A stretch of 64,000 bases of DNA from Catajapyx aquilonaris (taxonomy: Eukaryota). Under the pieces are notes generated by a model, which worked only from the letters and a program-made list of their open reading frames with translations, did not search any database and was not told where the DNA came from. Below are positions 51,232-64,000 of the stretch, piece by piece. The stretch's first letter is position 1, and the number at the start of each line of letters is the position of its first letter. Position numbers and translations under genes: made by a program. The DNA lies in NCBI GenBank assembly GCA_000934665.2, contig KZ538175.1, forward strand, positions 62,001 to 126,000. The letters run 5' to 3'.

Positions 51232-54200
51232 CTGCGGAATATTGCCCAGGCAGGGAGCCAATGTACAGGTCGTATAATACACACCAGGCCATAGCAGAGT
51301 CCTTTGCAACGCCTTCGCCCTCTTCACTCTCGCCCGAAAATAAGCAAAGATGAAATACGATATGTCGAAAAGGGGGAAGACAAAAACTAGGGGGGAGGGG
51401 ACAGATGGCAGGGGCAGAAGCAGCTCTTCAGGACCAAAAATATCGGCCCCTGGGAGGGGTAGAAATACGAGGATGGAGGTTGAAAAAGAGTGAGAGGGCG
51501 TTGAAAAATACTTTTATACTGGAAGGACCGGTGCGAAAGAATGGTATTAATGAACTCCAATTTGGTTTCTTTTTTTTCATATATTTTTCACTGACCATCG
51601 TTAAGAATGGTCAGATATAAAAGATGCCAGTGCTGGTGACATCTGAGACCACAACTGGTGACTAATGGATAAGGACATTTATTTATTGCAGTGTTTCTTC
51701 GCATGGGGTAAGTTATGGTCATCAGGATTTATTCCCAGTGTTCATGGTCCATTTTGTCCCACATCCGGATTTTTTTGAAAAGATACAGCCGCCTTATGGA
51801 ATGGTTCCAACAATAATAATTCGTACTATCAATGACTTATTTGAGGTCACGTTCAATAATTTCACGCACTAAGCCACCCTTCACATAGGGTGCTCATCAA
51901 GGCAGAAAGGTATACATTTTCCTGTATACGTATGTGTGATGGATAACTCATGGTGTTTACAAGTTACAGCACTTGCTTCCTAGCTTCTTTGAGGGATATA
52001 GCCTACTAGATAGATAAATATTTCTACTTATTTACCAGGCCGTGAATAATCCATCAGCTCCAGAGACCCGTTAATTCGAGCCTTCCTACATTTATTCATG
52101 GACACCCTGTGGCGTCAGTATACTCGGGAAAATTACACCCTACCAGCCAATAGTTCGTTCAGTAGGATCCTTACGTTCATGTTCTCCCACGGCGCCACCA
52201 ACCCAGTAAAAAAATATTTTTAAAAAAACTCACCCTGAGCAATAATCACCACAGTATCTCGAACTACTCGAATAGTAACCCGGGAATCGACGACAAGCCC
52301 ATAAAAACAACCACTCCCTACGCTTAATATTATAATTGGAAAACAAGGCGAGAGGTCTTTGGGTGACGGCCCCGTGACAAATGACAATCTTCACGGCACA
52401 GTCCACCGTCACGTCTCCCCAATCAAGACTAGGATAGAATTGGTCCCCCCAAAAAATACAATGAATATTAAAGAAGCTCGGTGTCCCAGTGTCTTCCCAT
52501 CACCGTGGGGGCTCTGGGGAGGCTCAAAAAAATTCCGGACCTGGCTCCACTGGTGACCACAAATAAAAAGGAAATGAAACCAGGCACGGCCTGCGTTGTG
52601 TGGAGTTTTAATCAGTGCCGGCATTGACACGGGGCTTGTCAACCCCGGCCTATAGTCTTGAGGTTCACGCCGCATTTATCTCCTGGAAAATACACCCCCA
52701 CACGCACCTTCCCCCCGCCCCCCTCAAAAAATGGTAGGGGAGAAGTTTCCCCCACTCTTCTTTGACCAAACACCGTTAAAGAAATTCTGGGCATGCCCCG
52801 CGCCACAATCCATATCGACCAATTTAATCTCGAGTTCAAACAGAGCTTATCAAGGNGGGGGGGGGGAGGGTCGTAGGAGTGACGACCTGAGGCGAACGTT
52901 CCTCAAATTCAGATCTTGTCAATCTCACTGCAAAAAGGAGAAAAAAAACTAGGGGGGGAAATCCTGCCTGTATTTGCTCTTCCAGATTCCAGCCTACCCA
53001 AATTCTCCTGGTCTGAAACCCAAAGACGTAAGCATTTTCATTCTTCCTATATATTTTTTTTTCCGAAATAAAACTTCCTAGAATTCTTCCGGCAAAGTAA
53101 TTTGACAGGTGAAACCATCACGTCCTCGGTCGGAATTTATGCTTTCGTTACAGAAGGTGGCGCGAGCAAAAGTGACAGTCTTCATATATTTACCACGTTC
53201 CACATATTGAGTGGCCATCTTTGTCGGGTCTGTTTCCCATCTCTTGTAGATGTAACCCTCCCTTTTATCTTTCTTAATGGGTAGGGCGGCAGTGTGGCCT
53301 GCATGACAAAAACAAGGCAGAAGACGAAGACGAAGAGAAAAAATGGAGGTTTCATCGTTCCGTGACTTTGCAGTCTGCATAATTTAGCTGGTTGACGCCT
53401 ATCAGCGCAATCTTCCTCTCTTGCTTCTGGTGGGTTATGTTCCACATGAGAGTGGGCAGGGATGGGCTGACGCGCAGATTTGCGATACTTATCGCTAGAT
53501 TTCTGTGTGTGTCTGTCTCGCAAGGGCTGGCTTTGGAGATGAGCCATCTTGCAGAGTAGAGCATGAAAATGGTGGGCAGTCCAACACCAACAGTGCTGAA
53601 ATACTGGGGATTATGACTCTCGACACTAGTACCGACACGTAACATTATCCACCAAGGTTAGCATGGGCGATATTATCCATGTAATTACCAGACTAAATGC
53701 GGAGTACCTACTTAAAACACACCCAAATGCAGTGGGCTTACGTTTCCGGGACAGCACTAGAGCTCTATCGCGTGGTGTATTCTGTAGGGTTCATGCGAAA
53801 AAGAAGACACATAATCATGTGTTTCAATATGCAAACGACACTTCCTGCTGAAACCATGTCCGATGCAGTGCTCCTAGCACAATAAGCACAAAGGCCACCG
53901 CACATTAAACGCATTACCTGCTGTACTTGCTTTGTGCATCATCTCGTATAAAGTGTACATTTTGTAACGGGCGACAGTATAGCCTGTATAATGTTGCAGA
54001 GGAATAATATTTTCCGGTCACATATATTGTCAATACCCTGCGTTCCTCCCAGACCTGCATTGAATTTTGGAAGCAAGATTCTCGTTAAAATCACTCCCGA
54101 GCTATGTCTCCGCAAAAACCAATGGAATTCGCTCGTAACAATATATTGGTCCCCATATTCTGTACCGTTCATATATAGGTTGCTTATTGATTTCCCCTCC

Positions 54201-57200
54201 AGCATCGCTACCGCTGATAATACATAGCGCTCGCATGCCCCCCAAAAAATTATCAGTATCTTACATAAACATTAGGTCACATAATCAAAAATGGGTTTCC
54301 TTTATTGTCGTTTCCGCAGCAGTAACAGGGTGCGCAATGATTTACATATTTTTCCTCCGCTAAGTAAATCTCTCCATTTAGTAGTAGACGGTGATTCTAA
54401 CTCTACTCCATTGTACTTTTCCTGGACCAACAAAACGTAGGGGGTTCCCTAATTGGCAGACTGGGAACGAATTCTACATCCCTTCGTAAACTTCCATCAA
54501 TTTTCCGAAAGCTTCTCGTACCACTTTGGAGTGGCAATCTGTCTCAGGCTGCCAATTAAGACGGATTGCTTTAAAAGGTGAGAAAAAGCAGGAGTTCAGT
54601 TGAAAAGATGCAGGCCACTTTGCTAGACTTCAGAACACCCAGACAAAGTTCGAGAGCCGCTTTATGTACAGTTCAATCCAAATAAATCAGGTTGATGATA
54701 TAGGCACTACTGTACAGTATAGTCTGCATGAGTGAACTCTGAAGCGGCAGCAGAGAAATTTTCAACCTACTTGAAATGCAATCCTCCTGCAATTCCAAAA
54801 AGGGGGAATCAGGGACTAAATATGATGATTGCAGGCGCAAATGAACGCAGGATAATTATACCGGAAAAGCGACTTTGGCCCTGTGACGGGTGCTTCGGAC
54901 GACACGTTATGAATCTGAATGTCTATTGCATTTTAATGCGAGAATCAGGAATGAACATGGCCACACGTCTCTTCCACTCCGTGTCACATCATTTACTATT
55001 CCAGAAATATTATTACGAACAATTTGGACCCCTCCTGCTCTTTCCGCCTGGTCCGATGCTGGCATAACACGTGCGATCCGGCAGTAAGCCAGTCGTAAGT
55101 GCAAATCTAGTGTGGTCATTACCCTTCCTCCGCTTCCGGGGCATTGACAGTCTCCCTTTTAGACAGCGAGAGGTCATCTTTCTCGAGACGAGAGCATTCC
55201 AAAGACCAACGTTTCCTGTAATTTGTCAAGAGGAAGGAAACCACTGAAAGGCATCGGCTTCAATGACAGTCTTACAACTTGAGCCATGTTGCCCTTTCCA
55301 ACCCGGACTCCCAAAGGAGGGAATTGCGCCATCATTCATTACCTTCATGCCGTATTCATATCAACATTTGTACAGTGCAAGGAAGCAGTCTGGTGCAGCA
55401 TTGGTTCAGTGAAGAGAAAAAAGGCGGAAAAATGGCTTCATATATATACTCCCTCCGTCGGTTTCCATCCTCGATATATCTTTACTACCGGAACCCAACT
55501 TGGTATTCTTTTCCAAAGTGTGCCCCAGAGACGACTTCCTAAGTTTGGCTTGTCATTCGTATAAGAGCGCTTTGGGACCTTTTCCCCTGCAAGTTTGAGA
55601 ATCCACGTGGCAATGGCACGTATATGATCTAACAACAAAAGAGATAGGGTGGCAAAATATTGGTAAAAAGTACGCTGTTCGCCAGCCGCATGTGTAAAAA
55701 CCGTGCTGATTGACGCTCACAAATTTAGGACCAAGCCAAAGCCCAACTTTTTGTTGCGAATAGAGAAATGCGGGTAAATGTTTGTATGGGACGGCAATAT
55801 CGGGCGGAGCTGTGCAAACGGTGCGAATATTGGTCCGAATCAGCTTCGTTCCGCGGTTTACCACCTCCCATCAACGATGGATACAATCACTGTCATGAAC
55901 GGGGCCCCACACATTGATTGCCCGATGTAGTGCCCGGAAACTGACCGTCAGGGTTATGTTTTGTACGTCCTCTCGATGACAACTTGGCTAGTCCATCGTC
56001 TCGCTTTCATACACTCTACCACCCTCCATACCTCTCATTGGTAAACATTCATTCTGATTATTCCATGTCGCACATTTTGCCTACTGTGGCTGCACACTAC
56101 ATTTCATGATTATGCATCGTATATTTTACCCGCCAACTATACATGCAGTAAGCTGAATGCGGTCAACCTGGCTTTGCACAAAAAAACATAGCACTGCTCA
56201 AAGTACGTCATCAGCAGGTGTGTAAAACAAGTCAAACTGCGCCTGTGAAACCCGGACTCGAACTTGATTAGTACAAAACTGTCAGGTGCAGCTTGCATTA
56301 GATCCCAATCAGAAAATCCAACTTTGGGCCTATGTACCGTGTGTTTCGTAATTAAGCTCACATCCGTATCGATAGAAATGTCACGTACGACCGCAAGGCC
56401 CCCCTCGGAGAGGGAGAAAAGGAAGAGACGTAAGGGGAAGTATACGCCTTCATTAAGTGATGGGGTCAATACCAGCACGAAAGATTCACTGGGTAATATT
56501 TCGCAATATAATTCAGTGCGTGACTTATATGACCACAGAGGGAATGGCTTTGTCCACTGAAATCTCGGCACATACACACGCGCTCTATGAATGTCTGGTA
56601 TACGTAAAGTTTTGGAACACGTCCCGACTGGACATTAGTCCGACCAGATCCGACTGTATAGTGGAAGGAACCATTCAGAGGCTTTTGCACCAACGCCATT
56701 TTCACTGCTGCTCTCGGAGATTCGGCGTTCCAGGCGTGCAAACGACATATCACAGCTGCCGTCACGTTTGAAGAATGGACTATGGAGCCCAATATTTATA
56801 GATGTAAAGACTATCCCACCGTTCCCAGCTTATAGGTCTCGAACGCTACACCAACTATATACCTTTAAAAACTGAATTTCACAATAATATCCGATTATTT
56901 GTTTATTTATTTATTATCATTATCATTGCGATCATTTTCATCTTGGTAATGCTACCGGCGATGATTGCTAGGTAGCGCTCTCCATATGATGAATAAAGCA
57001 AACACAGATTGTGCGGCACAACAGGCTATAGTTGTCGAATGGCCGGCTCCATCCCAAAGGGAAACGAGTGGAACGGGCGCATTGCAAAAATCAGCCACTT
57101 CTGTTTGTGAATTCCACATGACAAACATTGAGCCGATCAAACCCACTTCGACACAACGACTCAATGTGCTTGCTGTATGGGTTTGGAAGTGACAAATGGT

Positions 57201-60140
57201 CCCCCAGAACGTGTGCCAAGGATCCCCCTCTTGTTAATCCATCGCAGCAAGCGGTCCCTTTGCCAAGTGTCCTTTCTGTAATCAAGTCCATTACCATGCA
57301 GCACGCTTGACAGAATGTCAATATTGCTGCTCGTGTATAAGACCCGCTGGAGCACGCTGCTTCAACCTCAACGCGACACTTTTCACCAATAAAAACCTGC
57401 GATTTTACTTCAATGGGCACACACTATATTATTTACACTCTAACTGTAACATGCACATGAAAGTGAGGCTTGAATGAAGCGTAATCTCTCAATGATTTCA
57501 TTTTTTTGAATGGAGTAACTGCATAAATTTTCTGCTTCACCAAGTTGTGTAATATATTAGATATGCATTAACTTATACGCTGTTACACCACGGTATCGTG
57601 CATTTAATAACGAATGAGCCAACACACAACTCAGCCTGTTATTACACTTATTCCACATGATGGATTCTAGTTCTGGAACAAAACATAATTATAGCCCTAC
57701 CAACAATTACTTAAGTCTACAGCATGACTATGTCAGAGAGAGTGTAGAGAGAGAGAGAGAAAGAATAGTTTACGGTACATTTTCAAAAAAAAAAAAAAAA
57801 AGGTACCAGAGCGGCATCAATCTCGTGGCTAAGATCCACAGAATCACAGGCAGCCTTTCATGTTTTGTTTCCAGCTCTACCCTTGATCGGCTTATATTGA
57901 GCCTAATAATGGCCAGCAGTGATTAAAAACCGCCAGGAATTTTAAACCTGATGGTGTAAAAATACCTTCGGGTGTTGGCGTTTTTCATCAATGGACGACA
58001 GGTCACGTACTATTTCCAAAGGTGCACATCACCGCCCTTTTCATTTTTGCCTTACACTTACTCATTTCACGTAACTTTATGCGGCTGCCGTATGTTTTTT
58101 TTAAATGCAATGACGTTCCTATGAGCTGGTTGGGTCAACAATAGTGATATGCCTGTCTATATGTATACAAAATGTCATTGGGATTTCTCTCACCTGATCA
58201 GGTCTGAATGCACGATGACCTCATCATAATATCAACTTCCACGTGCATATTTTCTATGGTACTTCTGGTGATATTAAATACTGTGTTTAAAAAGGGCACG
58301 CTATTATTACTTTACCCTATATTTCTGCACACGTCATACCTCGCAGTGACCGCATGCGATGACAAATAAAGAGCAATTAGTGAATACCCTATTGGAGTCC
58401 CATCCTGAATTCCCTCACATACGCACCCTGATAAACGATTCAAACTTGTATGACACTGTATTCGGTAAGTCATGTTCCTGCTTGATTTTCTTTTGGATCA
58501 TACCAAATTCGTCAAACTCATGTTATCCTATACCCATAATTCAGAAACAAGTCCGGGAAAAAAGAGAAAATGTGGATGTGCATGATTACAGCTCACGACG
58601 AAGCCACAATTTGGGCTCATGCACTATGAAGTCACCGCCTTTGTCCTCGATATAGGCATCGCACCTTTTTGCAAATCGATTCAGGTATCTATACACAACG
58701 GGCGAAAGGGCAGATATGTCAAAGCCTTTACGGCTGGGTAATCTATATCAACTCATCTATTGGTTTTTGCATGCAGATTCCTCACCGCCCGAGGAATTTA
58801 ATACAACTTTTCACTTTTCTGAAGCGAAAGGCACGCACATAAATACACCAACGCTGTGATGTAAATTGCTGCAGAATCGACTTCCAAAGCGGGGCGGGCT
58901 ATAGATTTGCCTTCCGGGGATTAACACGTACATGTTAGCTGTAATAACTCACCGGATAATTTTAAAATGGGTCCATTAGAATTCCGGCCACGCCATTCGG
59001 AAACATTTACATGGGCTTCAAGCAATATTGTAATACCACATCGGATATCAAAATATGATGCTATTGATTTATGAATATGGGGATTCATATCAATGCTCGA
59101 ATGTGCTCTCTGCAGCCATACACCACTGGAGTGACGGCCTCAAAAATAACAACCTCCGGGATTTGGCTGGATGGGGAATACATACGAGAGCCAGAATTGG
59201 GCCTTGTTGTATACACGACTCCGTGGAAAGACTTCAGCATATAGATTCTCTCAATTGCATATATCCAAGCCATACTTCAAAAAGATACGCAACTTTGAAC
59301 CGCTCCACAAACACATTATTTTCGCTTCCCAAAAGGAAATCGGTAGGGGCGGCACACTTTGGGTTGCGGGTTGAAACGCTAACAACCCAAATGCGCAGGA
59401 AACTGTCAAAAACCCCACTCGTAACTTTAGCGAAAACCATCCAGACGAGTACCGTCGACACAATTAAACGCCGCGGCGCATAAAATCATGATGTCAATAT
59501 TGTGATTCTCCCGCTCTCGCTGGGAAGGGAACATTTTTCAACAGTCCTTTCCACCCTCGTTGTTTCCCCAACTACTCCCTGAAACAGTCCTTCCCAAAAG
59601 ACATCCCAACAAGCCAACTTCCCGGTGACGAGGAAGACACGTCCTTGGCAATTACCACACCCCACCTCTCAATCAACACTCTCCTCTCATTCTTTTTTCC
59701 AAAGCACTCCACACCCGCCATCTTGGCTTCTCCCCCAATCCCAATTACGTCCATTGCATCCCAGCTTTAGATCACCCTGGCACTGACACTGCTTCATGTA
59801 TTCAATTTATCGCCATAGCGGTCAGGCAAGTTTGCAATTTGCCACCGACATCATCATCTTCATCAGTCCCCACTTGTACCAAACTCTGTGTCCTCCAAAA
59901 TGTGTAGCGCGCACAAAGGGTTGTGTGTGTACACCTCATTACGTCCAAAGCGTCTCGCTCAGGTCAGTCACAGGTAAAGAGAGTCGTTTTCAACATGTAC
60001 GGTGTGTCCTACACCATATGAAACCATGTGATGTAGGAGCATTTTCATATTTAACTAATTATTCCAAATTTAAAACTTTATAGGTTTTATTTCATTGGCT
60101 GTCTCCTACGCTTTACTACCGCACTGCAGAAAGCATAGAA

Positions 60141-60502
60141 AAGGGCTTCCCAAACTTTTTTCGCCGCGTACCCCTTTTCAAATTTGTCAAGACAGTTTGT
60201 ACCCCCATTCTCATCCTACCATATAATACGTAGTAATTGTGAGCACTAATTACCAGTTAGTGTGATGGGTGTGCTTGCTTGCTTGCGCACAAGTGGTCAA
60301 TGTTTGGGACAAGTGACGTCAATTTGAGTCTCAAGTCGTTTTCCACAGTCGCACCNGGTTTGTTTTTCCCACATTTGTTTTTTTCCATTTCCCCCCACAA
60401 ATGTAGGGAGAACGGACGCCATTGCACGAAATCTTTCGCGTACCCCCAAAATTGTGTTCGCGTACCCCCAGGGGTACGCGTACCCCAGTTTGAAAACCGC
60501 TG
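60141..60502. mobile_element. Non-autonomous hAT (Charlie-like) MITE, ~360 bp
   Basis: Left end aAGGGCTTCCCAAACT and right end AGTTTGAAAACCGCTG form imperfect TIRs. Subterminal CGCGTACCCC motifs are repeated, including the near-palindrome cgcgtacccccaggggtacgcg. The left flank gcatagaa is echoed as ccatagaa 3 nt beyond the right end. Confidence 0.8.
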
Positions 60503-62615
60503 CGGCCATAGAAGTACCAAATCCATATATTCTGCATAGACACACCCCTTTAACAACGACTTGCGTGTACAGGCACACCTATATTCCTGACACTCATACA
60601 GTGTATTCCAGCAAAGCGTTTAGCACTATGTGACATACGATTTCAAGAACAAAGGGAATGTTTTTGCTACTGCACACCCTTTATAAATGACGTATTTCCA
60701 GATTTCCAACTCTCTAGCTATAACATGCTACAACCGAAAACCCGGCGGAATAAAGTGATATCCCGCATTACAACGTTTTGCTAATTTGATCATGAAGAAT
60801 ATGCCCTACATACGTACAAGTATTTTATTAGGCTATATACTCGTAGCATGGATTTTTATTTTTTTGTAGTAGCCTACAACACGAGGGAGGTATAGAGGGT
60901 GATGGCAGGGGACCTAGCCAGTAGCAGGCAGCTATTATAAGTTTTCCGCGAATGTAACTACTGTACTGCACACTTTATTCTCCCCAGCAGGCCTTAAAAG
61001 TTTGCTGCGAAGTATTTATATTCTCAATCACAACTTATCTAAATGCAAAATACATATCATATTCAAAATATTAGATGTGTTTGTTTCATTCATTAAGTAG
61101 AGCCTGTCGACTCAACTACGGGGACGAGAGAGACGTATTGTTTTGCTTTCTCAGGAGTCTGAACTCTGAATTCTTTCATTATCGGAAAATGAGATTGCAA
61201 TTTAAAACTTTTTAAATAATTACAACTAATCAAATCAGGGCGGTAGAGTTCTATTTCACAAGTTCTTCCCTTGTTCTTGGCTAATTATTACCGAGAAGCA
61301 GGTGTAGTTTCGATTCATCGACCAAAATCTGCACAAATCAAGAAATCTCAAGCTGCTTACTCCGTAGTTTCAAATAATACCACTGTAAAACAGGGTGCCG
61401 GTAGATATGATACCACAGGTGTAGGACACCATACTGACTGAGTAGCACACTCCTCTGGAATTTGTCATAAAAATTACTGCTGAGGCTTTACAACCCTCCA
61501 AAGTTTGAGCAAAAGAGTTCTAAATAACGACGTTGTTAAGTGTGATTTGTCCAATGCGACATTCAAAAAGACTGATAAAAGCCTCATTGATCCTCTGGCA
61601 CATAATTACGTAGTAGTAGTATGCCCTATTCGTACGAATAATGTAGATCATAATGTTTAGTATGCCACTCGCTTAGTGCAAATTAAAAGACAGTAAAAGA
61701 GAAAGCAATAAACCCCAGGGATTTAGAACGTTTCGATTTGAATGTCATGGCGGCATGATTATGGCAAGTTTCAAATCGCTGTTAATTACTGGTTTTTAAA
61801 AATGGCTTTTAATTTGTACTAAACTAGTAGCGCTGAACATTCTGATCTGCATTATTCGCACGAGTAAAGCATACTCATATACTATATGTCAAACAGTCAA
61901 ATTGGCCAGTGAGCATTTTCAGTCTTTACTGGTCCATCGATAAATCACTGCTTACTAAAGTCGCTATTCAGAAGTTTTTCTCCAAACTTTCAAGGATTGA
62001 AGGATCTCAGGAGTCATTTTTACGACAAAATTACCGGAGGACTTTTAATTCAGGATGGTGTTCTTCAGTACCTGTGGTATCACGCTGGTATCATATTTTC
62101 CACATACCGTACCCTGTCATGACTCCATTAGTTTGAATGTATCCTATATGGACCTGCAGATTCCCTTTTGAGTAAACATTTCTACGCCGCGTAGTTACGG
62201 GATTTTGACCGGATGTAATCATAAACATTTATCAAGACACCAAATATGGTCCGTTGATAACATGGTTGAGATATACCCTACAGTATACAGTGTGGTATCC
62301 CATATTTTAAACCATAACTTACCTGTATGTATCTTGTCCTCTCGCCATCAATATTCCCCAATATAACTAGTTCAAAGCAATCAATTAGCTGCACACTATA
62401 AACTGCTTGATTAATTGATCAACACTACGATTGACCATGTACTAAAATGAGAGGTTACCTATAAAACAGCATCAAGATAACCACGTTACATTTTGATGCC
62501 GCTGTAAAATAACTTCCAGTTGTGACCATCCACAACTCTACGTGCACAGTCCCACCTGATCTGTTGTCCTGCAACTACAGGCGTCCTACAAGCCAGCGAC
62601 AAAGCAGTAACATAC

Positions 62616-62681
62616 CACCAGTACCATTTATCTGAGTCAGCTGCCACTCTATCTATCAATGGAGGCGCCCATGATCCTTAC
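62616..62681 (-). other. Cryptic 66-nt RS-exon downstream of RS-B
   Basis: Ends at GTG|GTATGT (GTATGT = 62615-62610). Stop codons occur in all three frames. Confidence 0.45.
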
Positions 62682-62720
62682 CTGCAAAGGAATAAGAAGG
62701 TCCCATTAACATGTATAAAT
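62676..62720 (-). other. Candidate recursive splice site (ratchet point) RS-B
   Basis: Minus strand reads atttatacatgtTAATgggaccttcttattcctttgCAG|GTAAGG. The tract is 14/15 pyrimidine, a branch-like TTAAT lies about 25 nt upstream, and there is no other AG for over 40 nt upstream. Junction is between 62682 and 62681. Confidence 0.7.
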
Positions 62721-63699
62721 TATTCCAGCTATAAACTATGGGGAACAATCCTGCTTACTTATCGCGCTAGAGAGTAATAATTAGTTCCCCGGGGGCGGGC
62801 ATCCAAACATAGAACGGAATGAATAAATCTCTCCTTTCCAGGAAACAGGTGGTAGTAACAGCGCAAAACTTCTTTAATGATCTCGTTCCCCTTAAGCCAA
62901 GGCATCTCAACTTGCCATCAAGAGTGCCAACGCTGCCAACTTCCAGGCTTTCTCTCACTTGCCTTTTTTTTCTTCGTTTTTTTTCTTACCCTTAGCTATA
63001 CGAGCAGTCGGATAAAGCAACACTATGAGCCCAGAGGCAATATCGGAAATTCATTAAGACTCTCTGGAGCATTTCTTGCACTTGAAGACTGGCGCAATAA
63101 AATCATGGTTACACCCACCAGTATCAAGCAGCAGTCAGGTAAGGTGTAGCGGTAGAAATGCAGGAGCATTTATAGAGGCAATTAGCAACAATTGTGAGGC
63201 CCATCAAGTGTCTCAAAAGCAATTGTAATGCCGCCCCGTTTTTAAGACATCGATTTCCCATAAAACGAGGCTCTTGCACATTAACTAACGAGACATGGCC
63301 GCCAATTGCGGCTTCCAGCCAGGGCATTTCAGTTCCTTCTAATACCCGTATTATTTGATGCCGCCCAAATCTGACACGGAATGCATAAAGGCACGAATCG
63401 GATCTACGTCTTTGGATCAGTCGCCCCCTTCCGATTATCGAGCTGCTTCCTATGATGAATAGCCCATTATCATTTAATAATATCTCTCAAAAAAACATCC
63501 TTCACTTCCCATAAATACTTGAGTGCCAATGTGATGGCGAGAATTCCAGGGACTAATATAGCGTTAGAGATTAACTGATTTTACACCATGCTTCCATCAT
63601 CAGACGTATATAACGATCCTTCCGAAGTCCCCCACGTTTTATTACTTTGGGCTCTGCTGCCGTCGGCAAGAGATTCCCAAGTTTCAGACTTGGCAGCTG

Positions 63700-63838
63700 G
63701 GAGGAGGAGAGGGAGGAGGAGGAGGAGGAGGAGGAGGAGGTAAAGAGGGTGTATCTGCAGGGAGGCGGTGATGCAGCATCACAGATTTCATTTCCAGGAA
63801 GGAAGGGACCAAGGAAGGAAGGAAGGAAGGAAGGAAGC
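63700..63838. repeat. (GAG)n and (GGAA)n purine-rich simple repeats
   Basis: GAG run at about 63700-63740 and GGAA run at about 63812-63837. Confidence 0.9.
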
Positions 63839-64000
63839 AATGACACCAAGAAATAAGAAAAACGTTTGCCTTCCGGTCTCAACGGCTTGCACTCAAACCA
63901 AACTTCGTCTTCTTTTCTTCAACCTTTCCGCCTCTCCCCTTGTTTTTCTTTTTCCACTCTTCGGAAATCGAATTTTTCCGCGCACCGCAACAAATAGCCT

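Larger units (their letters stand above)
1..64000 (-). other. Probable interior of a very long intron (minus-strand transcription unit); no coding exon detected
   Basis: No ORF exceeds 189 aa and none resembles a protein family I recognise. Scattered SINEs, MITEs and microsatellites are present. Two strong AG|GT ratchet-type sites both lie on the minus strand, with no equally strong example seen on plus. Confidence 0.55.

Noticed and set aside
58185..58205. CAG|GTGAG on minus (similar words at about 3009 and 63136 on plus)
   Set aside because: No polypyrimidine tract; consistent with chance 8-mers.
62134..62145. TGAATGTATCCT partial match to miR-iab-4
   Set aside because: Only 12 nt match, the seed is absent, and there is no hairpin.
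63571..63882. Poly-E and poly-S ORFs
   Set aside because: Produced by (GAG)n and (GGAA)n simple repeats.
1..64000. CRISPR arrays, operons or other prokaryotic systems
   Set aside because: The sequence is eukaryotic non-coding DNA with no regularly spaced repeats and no gene-dense ORFs.

Overview
This 64-kb window is eukaryotic, essentially non-coding DNA, probably invertebrate and possibly arthropod (inferred from a SINE family resemblance). I found no credible protein-coding ORF or recognisable exon; the supplied ORFs are short and look random. The best overall reading is the interior of one very long intron transcribed from the minus strand. The main evidence is two well-formed candidate recursive splice (ratchet) sites 31,348 nt apart, at junctions 62682/62681 and 31334/31333. 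Each has a branch-like TAAT, a strong polypyrimidine tract, CAG followed directly by a 5' splice site, and a second donor 66 or 120 nt downstream that defines a cryptic exon closed in all three frames. The window also holds a young full-length tRNA-derived SINE with a perfect 19-bp flanking duplication, other tRNA-like heads, several non-autonomous DNA transposon remnants (hAT/Charlie-, Kolobok- and mariner-like), microsatellites, one assembly gap, and recurring GC-richer islands with YY1/PHO-, ETS-, E2F- and RFX-like motifs. The host gene cannot be identified from this window. All analysis was by eye.
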